IMG/VR virus record: IMGVR_UViG_3300030090_003848
Location: 1 to 61,103 of that record
Strand: one strand, 5' to 3'
Length of the DNA: 61,103 bases
From: a virus
Lineage: Duplodnaviria; Caudoviricetes
The position numbers and the translations under genes are program-made. The notes under the pieces were generated by a model. That model worked only from the letters and a program-made list of their open reading frames with translations, searched no databases and was not told where the DNA came from. Position 1 is the stretch's first letter. Each line of letters opens with the position of its first letter. Of the stretch, positions 53,435-61,103 are shown piece after piece.

Positions 53435-54754
53435 CTACGCAGCAGGAGTGCTGCTGGTGCGCTGGAAGAGGATGACGTAACCGAAGTTGGTCTTGATCGG
53501 CTTGGAGGCCGAAGCAAGGATACCACGGAAGAATCCGATGGTGCCGTCGGGGTTCAGCGTAACGTCAGGAATGTTCGTCCACTTAAACTCGCCCTTGTAG
53601 TTGACGGGGTCAAACTTCAGACCACTTGCGTTGGTCACGGGGGCAGGAATCAGCGACTCCATCACGTTGTCAACGAGCACGAAGGCTGCTTCATAATCGG
53701 CAGAATCGTATGCGGTGTTGACGATAACCTTGTTGGTTGCCGAACCGCTGGTGTTGCTGACGGTGTAAGGATCGACACGCTCCAGTTTGTCGGTGGAAGC
53801 GTTGAACGTAAACCGAGGAGCGAGGTCGTCAACCAAGTGGTAGAAACCACGGAAGGACTTCTCGACTCCGAGCGGAGCGATGAGGTCGGAGACCCGAGCG
53901 TTGTTGTAACGAACGTCGTCGCGGAATCCTGCTTCGGTCTGAAGCTGGTAGGATGCCTCAGACGAGAGGACGATAGAGAACACTGGACGGCCATTCTCAC
54001 GACCGTAAGCGTTAGCTCCGGCACCAGCCCGAACGAGCTTGAAGTAAACATCGTCAAGAATCTTGTTGGAGATGTTAGCGTCGATGTCGCAACCGTTGTT
54101 GCCAGTATCGACGTTAATGTCGGTGATGACCGTTCCTTCAAGGTTGGTGTTAGTCGCTGTGCCTGTAGTTGAGCATTCTACGACGTTGTCGCAGAGCTTG
54201 GAATACTCATCGCGGTAACGCTCTTCCCAAGAGTTGCGGGTAGCTTCCTTCAGGATGTCCATGATAGCCCGAAGCTGCTCAGTCCGGTGGGCGGTGTAAC
54301 GAAGCTCCTCGACGTTAATCCGAGGGGATTCGATGATAGCCCGCTCAAGGCTGTAGCTCTTCTGGACTTTGGTGAAGTCGAGCGTGTTGACGCTTGCCTT
54401 CTCAGTGCCCATCGCAAGAGTCTGATCCTGCTGGTTCGCGGACATACCATTAGAGGCAGTTCCGTGAGTCGATCCGATAGGGGAGAAGTCAACGCCGACG
54501 CTAATTCCAGAGTCAGTGAAGTCCTTGTTGATCGGGGACAGTGGAAGAGCACGGTCGTAAATGAGGGTGCTCAGTTGATAGCCCATTCCTTCGGGGAAGG
54601 TGGACTGCTTGATAAGGTCGATCCACGGGGAAGTGTGGAGGGTCGCCTTGTGGATGTCTGCACCAATACGCCCCGCTTCTTGGGTAAGAACAGTATCTAC
54701 TGCTGCGGAGGCGTCCGTTGCAAAGTCATGTGGTAGCGCGAAATCTGCGGCCAT
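53435..54754 (-). CDS. Major capsid protein
   Basis: 439 aa, strong codon bias, downstream of portal and scaffold, followed by hairpins; no catalytic motifs. Confidence 0.8.
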   Translation of the reverse strand: MAADFALPHDFATDASAAVDTVLTQEAGRIGADIHKATLHTSPWIDLIKQSTFPEGMGYQLSTLIYDRALPLSPINKDFTDSGISVGVDFSPIGSTHGTASNGMSANQQDQTLAMGTEKASVNTLDFTKVQKSYSLERAIIESPRINVEELRYTAHRTEQLRAIMDILKEATRNSWEERYRDEYSKLCDNVVECSTTGTATNTNLEGTVITDINVDTGNNGCDIDANISNKILDDVYFKLVRAGAGANAYGRENGRPVFSIVLSSEASYQLQTEAGFRDDVRYNNARVSDLIAPLGVEKSFRGFYHLVDDLAPRFTFNASTDKLERVDPYTVSNTSGSATNKVIVNTAYDSADYEAAFVLVDNVMESLIPAPVTNASGLKFDPVNYKGEFKWTNIPDVTLNPDGTIGFFRGILASASKPIKTNFGYVILFQRTSSTPAA

Positions 54755-54840
54755 TGTATCGTGGGGTAAAAAAGTTGGATGAGAGGATAGACCGCTCCCC
54801 CTGTCTGGGGCTTAAAGCGGCCTGACTGAATCGGTGAATA

Positions 54841-54962
54841 CTGCCTGAATAGAACTAATTATACGGCTAGAGCAACCGGCAGATTCGGGTGGTATGGTTT
54901 GGAACGCAGCCCAAGAGCAGCGACTTCGTAGAACTATTTTTGGCTAGAGCAACCTCGTCGCT
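54841..54962 (-). ncRNA. Tandem structured RNA motif in the MCP leader (54919-54962 and 54841-54882)
   Basis: Two copies of GGTTGCTCTAGCC-N5/7-TAGTTCTA, each closed by a different complementary stem. Confidence 0.65.
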
Positions 54963-54971
54963 ATGTTTTGC

Positions 54972-55000
54972 ATTCTTAACTAAGAATACAAAAATGTCAA
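54972..55000 (-). promoter_or_regulatory. Promoter candidate TTGACA-N17-AAGAAT for MCP
   Basis: Perfect -35, imperfect -10; just upstream of the tandem motif. Confidence 0.5.
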
Positions 55001-55008
55001 TAGGGGAA

Positions 55009-56214
55009 TTACCTGTTCAAATTTCGCGACCCAAACGCCGCGTTGATGGCGTCCTCAAACGAGGTGTCGGCTCCAGCGCCACTGGCAACCTGACCAGAGG
55101 TCGGGGCATTGCCAGACATGGTAGGTTCCGCGCCCTCGTATTCCGCCAGCCTGTCAGTCAGGGCGTTATTCTCCGCCCGCATCGCAACAAACTCGCGAAC
55201 CACCGTGGGGAGGAGCTGTGCGGAAATCGAGTTGAAGGTAAAATCTACAGGGTGCATGACAGAGGGGTCGGTCTCTGCCGCTTTTTCCTGAATAGCCTCC
55301 ATGTCCAATCCGTCTATCCCCGCCAAGAAAGGTAGCTTTTGTTGAACTCTTTCGGCTACATTTTGTGCGACTTCCTTTCGGACACGCAAATTTTCAGCCG
55401 CCTCATGCTGGGATTGGCGCTCCGCAAGGAGTTCCGCTTCTTTTAAAGCGGCTTCTGCGTTTTCCCACATGTTATTCCTGCGCTCAAGAATGGGGTCAAT
55501 TTGATTAACCAAATGGTAAATTTTTGCGCGGTCCCTGTCTGAGGCGTCGTGCAAGATGTCGTTCAGGGCGCGGTCCTGTTCGTCTTGGTCCGACAGGGAC
55601 ATCACATCGATCAAGGCGTCAGCATCGGCTCCGTATTTGTCGGCTATCTGGCCAGCTTCTTCCACAATAGTTTGCAATGGAACAGCTACCGACTGCTGGT
55701 ATGCATCAGTTTGTTCCAAATCACTGAACATTTGAGCCTGCTCATACTCAGTAATTTTTTGCTGGAGAGCTTGGACATCATTGTTTTCAGCCAACCCAGT
55801 AAGTTCCTGCACTTTTTGCTCATACTCTTGCTGCTGCTGACGAAGAGTTTGAAGCTCGGTATTACTAGATCTTAATTCTTCTTTAAGCTGCTTGAATCGA
55901 GATGCAGCTTTCGGGGTCCAGTCGTCACCGATATCCTCGGAAAGGTCGGAGGTGGGGTCGGGGGTGTCGTCCTCAATAGCTTCTGGCTCGGGGGCAGGTT
56001 CTGGTTCCGGCTCAGGTTCTGGCTCCGGCTCGGGCGCAGGCTCAGGAGTAGTAACCGCCTGTGACCCGCCCGCTTCCATTCCAGAGAACGCAGCATCTAA
56101 CGCATCCATAAAAGAAGATCCTGAATCTTCGCTAGCGTCGGGGACGTTAGCGGTTACTTCTACTACGGGATCTGCTGATACTTCAGCTACGTCATTCGAT
56201 GTGGGTCCACTCAT
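55009..56214 (-). CDS. Capsid scaffolding protein
   Basis: Acidic, (PE)n repeat, coiled coil; between portal and MCP. Confidence 0.75.
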   Translation of the reverse strand: MSGPTSNDVAEVSADPVVEVTANVPDASEDSGSSFMDALDAAFSGMEAGGSQAVTTPEPAPEPEPEPEPEPEPAPEPEAIEDDTPDPTSDLSEDIGDDWTPKAASRFKQLKEELRSSNTELQTLRQQQQEYEQKVQELTGLAENNDVQALQQKITEYEQAQMFSDLEQTDAYQQSVAVPLQTIVEEAGQIADKYGADADALIDVMSLSDQDEQDRALNDILHDASDRDRAKIYHLVNQIDPILERRNNMWENAEAALKEAELLAERQSQHEAAENLRVRKEVAQNVAERVQQKLPFLAGIDGLDMEAIQEKAAETDPSVMHPVDFTFNSISAQLLPTVVREFVAMRAENNALTDRLAEYEGAEPTMSGNAPTSGQVASGAGADTSFEDAINAAFGSRNLNR

Positions 56215-56488
56215 CTGGAGTTATGCTTGTTTGGTTATTTGCGGGAGGGTTAGCTAATTTATACAAATCATTAAGCGCATCTCGGTAACCAGCATACCAA
56301 GCGTGGCGCTGTGCGTTCCCCGCTTCATCTTGCAAAGTATTAAACGAGGGTCCAGCAATTTCTTTTAATGTGGCCGCAGCCACCTTGAAAACTTCAGATT
56401 CAAGAATTTCGTTAAGCTGATTTACAGAAGATAAATCTTTATACCAGCGAGCTAACGGAATTGGAGCGGTTATTTCTTTTTTAGGCAT
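56192..56488 (-). CDS. Small helical protein between portal and scaffold
   Basis: 98 aa; AGYRDAL..L helix; synteny. Confidence 0.65.
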   Translation of the reverse strand: MPKKEITAPIPLARWYKDLSSVNQLNEILESEVFKVAAATLKEIAGPSFNTLQDEAGNAQRHAWYAGYRDALNDLYKLANPPANNQTSITPDEWTHIE

Positions 56489-56807
56489 CGGTTGATCTTT
56501 GCTCGCGCAACATCGCCTTAGCGAGGATAGCGTAGTTTACAATGTCATTACATGCATCCTCGACGCTTTCGTCGGGGACTTGAAGCTCGTTGTCGTTAAC
56601 GAATGATCGTATGCGCTGGATTTTGTCGAGCACACGCATCAACAATCCGTGGACAGGGTGGATACCAATCACCGCGCTACTTTTGAAATTAGCAAACGGA
56701 TCGGTGGCATCCTTGCCGCCCGTGTAGTCTGAATTTTTTGTTCGCATGATCTCCTTGCACTCGCGGCAAGTTTCATCATGCAACTCAAGAAGTTCTTTAG
56801 AGTTCAC
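56481..56807 (-). CDS. Nucleotide-modification-associated domain protein (DUF1599-like, MazG-like helical fold)
   Basis: KNSDY..DPFANF..R..DK..R..ESVED...D..NYA. Confidence 0.8.
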   Translation of the reverse strand: MNSKELLELHDETCRECKEIMRTKNSDYTGGKDATDPFANFKSSAVIGIHPVHGLLMRVLDKIQRIRSFVNDNELQVPDESVEDACNDIVNYAILAKAMLREQRSTDA

Positions 56808-59014
56808 TGTTCGCGGAACTCTAGGGCAGCTTTCGCGTCGCGTATAGCCATTTCTTGATCATGTTTTTTCTGCTTAATAGCCAGATCAAGGTTGGCTTTT
56901 TCTTGGGCGATTTGCATCTTCATTTGATGCTCCAGCATTTTAGCGTCGGGCTGTTGGGGCTGCTGCGGCTGACCTTCGGCTTCTGCTTGCTGGGCCTGAT
57001 CCCGCTGCATCTTTTGAATCGCCTTGGTCGTGTTGTTGATAACCTCTTCGGCAAACTGCAAGACCTGTTTGGTCTGGCCTACGGCTCCCTCAAGAGCAGG
57101 GTCACCGCTTGCAAATTGGATGGTCTGACTGATGTGCTGGTAAAACGCCTGCACTGCGGGCAACGACTGCATTGGGTCAGCAGCCCCGGTATTTAGTTGT
57201 TCTATTAGCTGGCTAAGAGCAGGAACATGAACCTCCAAATGTGTGCCGTGCAACTCGTTTCCTACAACCGGAACCTGTTGGCCTGCCATCAACTGCTGGT
57301 TCTCAAAGTAAGCAATCTTGAGGTCCACCGTCGGGCGCTTCTCGGTCTCAGCCGGAACGTAGCGGTCGGCTAGGTCGTGGCCCACTCGGGTCGATACAAT
57401 ATCGCGGGTCAGGTTGCGCCGACCAACGTCGTCGAACTGTCCGCTTATCCCCTGAAGTTCTTTCAGGGCTACCATGCGGTTGGCGTGGCTACCGTTACCG
57501 ATTGACCTAACGGCTTTGGTGCGGGCGACATCAAGGGTCTTGATAAACTCCTTAGAGACTCCCCTAGCCTCACACCGCTCAAAGAAGTCCTTGATTGCCC
57601 CGTCAGGCTTCTTGGTAGTAACAACACGACGGACTACCTCGCGGAGGAGTCGATTCCAACTGGCGTAGAACAGGTTGAGGCTCGCACCGGACAGACGGGT
57701 GGTGACATCCATGTCGGCCACAATCTGCATCTGGTTCCGGTAAGGTGAACCTTGTTGCGGGCCATATGTGCTGACGGTGTCCGTGTTCAACTGCAACTGC
57801 TGGGTCAGATCCTGCAAGGCAGGTTGGACCGCAGTGCCGAGGTTCGGGATCGCCTTCTCGACGATCTTCACGTTCGGGGACAACACAGCGTAAGCGCCGT
57901 AGTAGGTGAACTGCAATTCGTCCAGAGACCTTTGTGTTTCGGGTTGGATCATCACCGCAGAGGCGAGCATGGCTCCGTCGATCTGCTGGCAACGCAATCG
58001 GTTACTGGTCTGGACATGGGCAAAGATCCTCTGACCTAAGCCCCGAATTGAATGATATGTTCCATTGCTGCCGACCCCGTAGGTGAACATCACATACGCC
58101 TGCTCGGCCTTTTCGTAACGAGAAACTTTCTTATACAGGAAATCCTTCGGACCATCTTCGGCACAGATGTAGTGGCTGACGCTGCCGTCCATCTCCTTGA
58201 CCCAGAAGTGAAGAACCGAAACCGACGGGTTCTCAATTCCAGTGTAGATGTCGTTGTTTTTCAGCTCCTGCTGCAACGCTTCAAAATCGTTGTAGAGGTT
58301 CCTGTTATCCGTCCGCACGTTTTTCTGGATAACGCGCTTCACCTCGTCCACGTTCCACCCGACCTTGGCCGCTGCTTCAGGGTTCTTGATGTAGGAGAAC
58401 AGTTCGTGCAGCAGGTAGTTGCGACGGCCAATGGCTACGTCAACGCACTCTTCGTTGGCTGCGGTCTGCCGAGGGATCAGGATGTCGGTGAACCCGCCAA
58501 CGCGGAAACGCCAGTCGTCCGGCGAATCAAAATAAGCAACGGCAACGCCGTGCTTGATGAAAGTCGTGCAAAGCCGGAGGTAGGCGCTGTGGAACTCGGG
58601 CCAGTTACGCATCAAATGCGTCAGCTCTTCCGCGACGATTTCTTCCGACGGTTTGATTTCGCTCGCTTCGCCCTGCGTTCCTCGCACCTCGACAAGTCTT
58701 TCCAGAGAAGAATAAAGGTCAACATAAGCAGACAAAGCCACATCGAGGAGTCGTTGGGCATCACCAAAATTCAGGTTTGTTTTCAGCCCCTGTCCGCTAA
58801 TCGCAAGTGAAGCAGAATTGTAGGGGGCTGCTCCGTCAAACATCGAGTCAATGCGGGCGCGGTTAAGTGCCGACTTCTCGTCCGCAGTGCGTAGCGTGGT
58901 GTAAATACCAAGCGCACTCTTTACGTCCTTCAGTCTGGTCTCTACGGGTTTCCCCTTCTCGTCCAAGGAACCAAGGTTCAGGGTGTCGATGGTGTCGAGC
59001 GGCGTGTCTGACAT
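56804..59014 (-). CDS. Portal protein
   Basis: ~736 aa, Q-rich coiled-coil C-terminus (P22-like barrel), first gene of the head operon. Confidence 0.8.
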   Translation of the reverse strand: MSDTPLDTIDTLNLGSLDEKGKPVETRLKDVKSALGIYTTLRTADEKSALNRARIDSMFDGAAPYNSASLAISGQGLKTNLNFGDAQRLLDVALSAYVDLYSSLERLVEVRGTQGEASEIKPSEEIVAEELTHLMRNWPEFHSAYLRLCTTFIKHGVAVAYFDSPDDWRFRVGGFTDILIPRQTAANEECVDVAIGRRNYLLHELFSYIKNPEAAAKVGWNVDEVKRVIQKNVRTDNRNLYNDFEALQQELKNNDIYTGIENPSVSVLHFWVKEMDGSVSHYICAEDGPKDFLYKKVSRYEKAEQAYVMFTYGVGSNGTYHSIRGLGQRIFAHVQTSNRLRCQQIDGAMLASAVMIQPETQRSLDELQFTYYGAYAVLSPNVKIVEKAIPNLGTAVQPALQDLTQQLQLNTDTVSTYGPQQGSPYRNQMQIVADMDVTTRLSGASLNLFYASWNRLLREVVRRVVTTKKPDGAIKDFFERCEARGVSKEFIKTLDVARTKAVRSIGNGSHANRMVALKELQGISGQFDDVGRRNLTRDIVSTRVGHDLADRYVPAETEKRPTVDLKIAYFENQQLMAGQQVPVVGNELHGTHLEVHVPALSQLIEQLNTGAADPMQSLPAVQAFYQHISQTIQFASGDPALEGAVGQTKQVLQFAEEVINNTTKAIQKMQRDQAQQAEAEGQPQQPQQPDAKMLEHQMKMQIAQEKANLDLAIKQKKHDQEMAIRDAKAALEFREQ

Positions 59015-59021
59015 TGTCAAG

Positions 59022-59107
59022 TTGATACCGTTTTAAATCTACATAGTCAAGATTCGGGAATTTAATTACGAAATATCTTTGACACTTATCGTGGCCTTTC
59101 TTAGAAG
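59022..59107. promoter_or_regulatory. Divergent promoter pair: TTGACT-N17-TATCAA (-, portal) and TTGACA-N17-TAGAAG (+, lipoprotein)
   Basis: Each -10 lies 7 nt from its ATG (59014, 59115); both -10 boxes are imperfect. Confidence 0.5.
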
Positions 59108-59114
59108 TCAGGAG

Positions 59115-59333
59115 ATGAAACTTCATATCATTGCAGCCAGTGCAGCATGTATCCTGTTCGGGGCATCATGTTCCACTGCGGACTTAGGCAGCTCAGTTCC
59201 ACTTCCGTTTACCGAGCCAGCAACCTCGGCAAAACTGGATCTGGAACTTCGCCCACTTCCTCCAAAATTCTGTATCGGGCTTGACCTCGTTCCGACGAGC
59301 GAAGAGTCCGGTGCGGGCGAGACAGCAAAGTAG
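59115..59333 (+). CDS. Small lipoprotein
   Basis: MKLHIIAASAACILFGASC signal peptide and lipobox. Confidence 0.7.
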   Translation: MKLHIIAASAACILFGASCSTADLGSSVPLPFTEPATSAKLDLELRPLPPKFCIGLDLVPTSEESGAGETAK

Positions 59334-59401
59334 GGTCAGCGCGGGGGCGTCAGACCCTACTGGACATGACAACTGACAGGCAGTTCAGTTGGCTCCCGCG
59401 C
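59329..59401 (+). ncRNA. Pseudoknot candidate overlapping the lipoprotein stop codon
   Basis: S1 AGTAGGGTC/GACCCTACT (9 bp), S2 GCGCGGGGGC/GCTCCCGCGC (10 bp, one G-U), internal hairpin CAACTGA/TCAGTTG. Confidence 0.6.
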
Positions 59402-59407
59402 AGCTTT

Positions 59408-59461
59408 ATGGCCTACGAAAAACCAAAGCCAAAGCCTAAACCGAAGCCTAAAGGTAGGTAA
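59408..59461 (+). CDS. 17-aa peptide MAYEKPKPKPKPKPKGR (or C-terminal extension of the lipoprotein)
   Basis: KP repeat encoded by varied synonymous codons; followed by a terminator. Confidence 0.5.
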   Translation: MAYEKPKPKPKPKPKGR

Positions 59462-59470
59462 GGGCGAACA

Positions 59471-59514
59471 ACAAAAAACCCGCTTCGCAGCTCATGGCGA
59501 AGCGGGTTTTTTTG
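59471..59514. terminator. Bidirectional intrinsic terminator
   Basis: AAAAAACCCGCTTCGC/GCGAAGCGGGTTTTTT between convergent genes. Confidence 0.88.
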
Positions 59515-59521
59515 TGCCTAG

Positions 59522-59776
59522 TCAGACAGGGGGGGTCATCATAATGAACCCCGCCCCGTTCGGCTGGACACCCATGACGTTGTAGCCGACCCACTCTTCC
59601 GCGTCTTCAGCGGTCCATCCTTCGCGGTCCATGAATATTTTGAGGACTTTCTCGTAGTCGTATATCAGCCGCCCACAATCGGAAACCCCCTCGACGGCCT
59701 CGTCCAGTCCGGTAAGGACAAGGGCGTCCTCCTTTAAGGAATCGCACTGATTTATACGTGTTGCCTTAGTAGACAT
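59522..59776 (-). CDS. Conserved phage hypothetical protein
   Basis: GLDEAVEG..IYDYEK..GWTAEDAEEW..YN..G pattern. Confidence 0.75.
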   Translation of the reverse strand: MSTKATRINQCDSLKEDALVLTGLDEAVEGVSDCGRLIYDYEKVLKIFMDREGWTAEDAEEWVGYNVMGVQPNGAGFIMMTPPV

Positions 59777-59795
59777 ATTCTCAATACGTGTCGAT

Positions 59796-60254
59796 TTAAC
59801 CCCAAAGTTCCGCCACGACTTTATCAATACGCACCTTGCGTGTTTTTCCGTCAGGGGTCATCAGGGATGCGCTCTCCCATCCTTGGTGGTCGTGTGTATC
59901 TACAACGTGTATACGGTTGGCCTTGCGGCCCCGCTTCTTCGGTTCAATACAGTATAGCACCCCCAGTTTCGTAATCGCGTAGCGTGGGTAGTCCGGCAGG
60001 ATCTTGGCTCCCTCATCCTGAAGCACTTGTTCCCGAGTCAGGGTGGGGGGTTCAGGTTTGTTGATGCTTTCATGGACGAAGAAGAACGGTTTCCCGTCGG
60101 AATCTACGACCTTTGTTCGGAGCGTTCCTTCTGTCTGCCCCCACTGGGGTTTGAGGACGCGCTCCGTTTTTAGGTTCATCACTAGGTTTGTAACAGGGTA
60201 AAACGCATAGTGGGTCGTGCGGGGGATTAGCTTGAAGCCTTCTGGTATTTGCAT
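59796..60254 (-). CDS. Protein with two NUMOD4-like DNA-binding repeats, no HNH domain
   Basis: KLIPRTTHYA..VMN..RVLKP and KILPDYPRYAITKLG.LY; ends RIDKVVAELW. Confidence 0.6.
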   Translation of the reverse strand: MQIPEGFKLIPRTTHYAFYPVTNLVMNLKTERVLKPQWGQTEGTLRTKVVDSDGKPFFFVHESINKPEPPTLTREQVLQDEGAKILPDYPRYAITKLGVLYCIEPKKRGRKANRIHVVDTHDHQGWESASLMTPDGKTRKVRIDKVVAELWG

Positions 60255-60338
60255 GGCGTGACTGAAAAGTTTCTCTGTAGCTTATATAATATTTAGTTCT
60301 ATCTAAAAAGTATACTCTTATCAAGAAAAGTTTCCAAC

Positions 60339-60611
60339 TCAGATTTGCATATCCCCGCTCTTAGCGGCAATTTGTTTCTCCGCCTTTAGCTTGCGGTAAC
60401 GCTCCGCCCGTCTTTTGAGCAGCTTCTCTCTGTGTTTTCTGTAATATGCACGGTTATATTCTAGCCTGCGCTCCGCCTTCTCGGGGTCTGTGGCCTCGTC
60501 GATCTGCCTCTTTCGGTTTATCCGGTCCTTGTTTTTCTTGTAATACTCCCGCTGATAAGCACATCGGGCCTCCTTGTTTCGCTCGTAATAGGATGCTTTT
60601 TCCTTTTGCAT
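60339..60611 (-). CDS. Basic helical protein with YY..NK repeats
   Basis: YYERNKE, YYKKNKD, YYRKHRE. Confidence 0.65.
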   Translation of the reverse strand: MQKEKASYYERNKEARCAYQREYYKKNKDRINRKRQIDEATDPEKAERRLEYNRAYYRKHREKLLKRRAERYRKLKAEKQIAAKSGDMQI

Positions 60612-60649
60612 AGAGGGGCAATTCAACCAGATATACTATAGTTGTCAAA

Positions 60650-61103
60650 TTTTTTCACACGCACACATATATACATGAGGCGCGCCCCGCAAAAAAGCAC
60701 TCATGGGCGGGTGGCGTGCCCTGCCCCATGCACCCGCGCCCCTGCATCCCCGCGCCCGCTGCCCGAGCCGCGAATCCTGACTAACTTGATAAACTTACTC
60801 ATGGTTCCGGCCTCCTGTCTCCGGCTGCACGGTCCACGGTGCCTGATCCGGTGGGGCGGGCTGGCGCTGGCAGGCCCCCGATCCCTGCACCCTGTCTCCG
60901 GCTCCCTGACCCCCTAAAACGTAGGCCCTGAGCCCCTCCCCCTCGGCCCCTACCCCCCTAAATCCTCAATCATAACCCACTGAGCCCCAACGAGTTACAT
61001 AAGCTCATACGGCCCCTGTGAGCCTCTCTGAGGGCCTTTACCCCCTCTCGGGTGTCCTGACCCTCGGAACCAATTCAAACGATTCTTTACATTGTATATA
61101 CAA
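60650..61103. other. Non-coding C-skewed end region (terminus/origin candidate)
   Basis: No credible ORF; C-runs on the + strand; hairpin at ~60703-60730; lies between divergent transcription units if the genome is circular. Confidence 0.45.

Larger units (their letters stand above)
1..61103. mobile_element. Tailed dsDNA bacteriophage genome (Caudoviricetes, podovirus-like), apparently near complete
   Basis: TerL, portal, scaffold, major capsid, fibre, amidase/holin/spanin-like genes, PolA and primase-helicase all present; no host housekeeping genes; no tape measure or sheath recognised. Confidence 0.93.

Noticed and set aside
54919-54962. preQ1-I riboswitch
   Set aside because: Superficial GGUU..CUAG..AAAAA similarity, but the P1 partner and 3' A-rich tail arrangement do not fit.
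59329-59401. HDV-like/theta ribozyme
   Set aside because: No room for the P3-L3 element between the two stems, and no adjacent tRNA.
60642-60917. ORF 60642..60917
   Set aside because: Low-complexity Pro/Arg/Ala translation of a C-rich region; no support as a gene.
1-61103. Alternative genetic code or stop-codon reassignment
   Set aside because: Genes tile densely under the standard code, all three stop codons are used, and no suppressor tRNA was seen.

Overview
The window reads as an essentially complete ~61 kb tailed dsDNA phage genome. It is podovirus-like: no tape measure, sheath, integrase, RNA polymerase, tRNA or CRISPR was seen. The host is probably a diderm bacterium that makes little use of Shine-Dalgarno sites. 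Layout: (i) 1-10171 (+), GC-rich early region with small genes separated by a conserved ~40-bp stop-to-start repeat, then a MoxR-like AAA ATPase / helical protein / zincin-vWA trio and an SF2 helicase; (ii) 10173-31084 (-), terminase large subunit, three probable internal virion proteins and a giant 5134-aa polyvalent protein; (iii) 31115-38911 (+), replication module (HTH, RuvC-like, Cas4-like exonuclease, SSB, PolA, primase-helicase); (iv) 38906-59014 (-), small basic proteins, lysis cassette, tail/fibre genes, major capsid, scaffold, portal; (v) small genes and a non-coding end. Best candidates for undescribed biology: (1) inside the giant protein, five enzymatic modules (GNAT, SAM methyltransferase, zincin, glycosylase-like, ADP-ribosyltransferase) are each bounded by a recurring L-G-S-G-I-like junction, and three junctions are identical at DNA level; (2) the repeat-delimited early gene cassette array; (3) four structured non-coding RNA candidates, including a tandem motif with co-varying closing stems in the capsid leader and a pseudoknot at a stop codon with an open -1 frame. 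All functional calls come from motif recognition by eye; no database searches were run.
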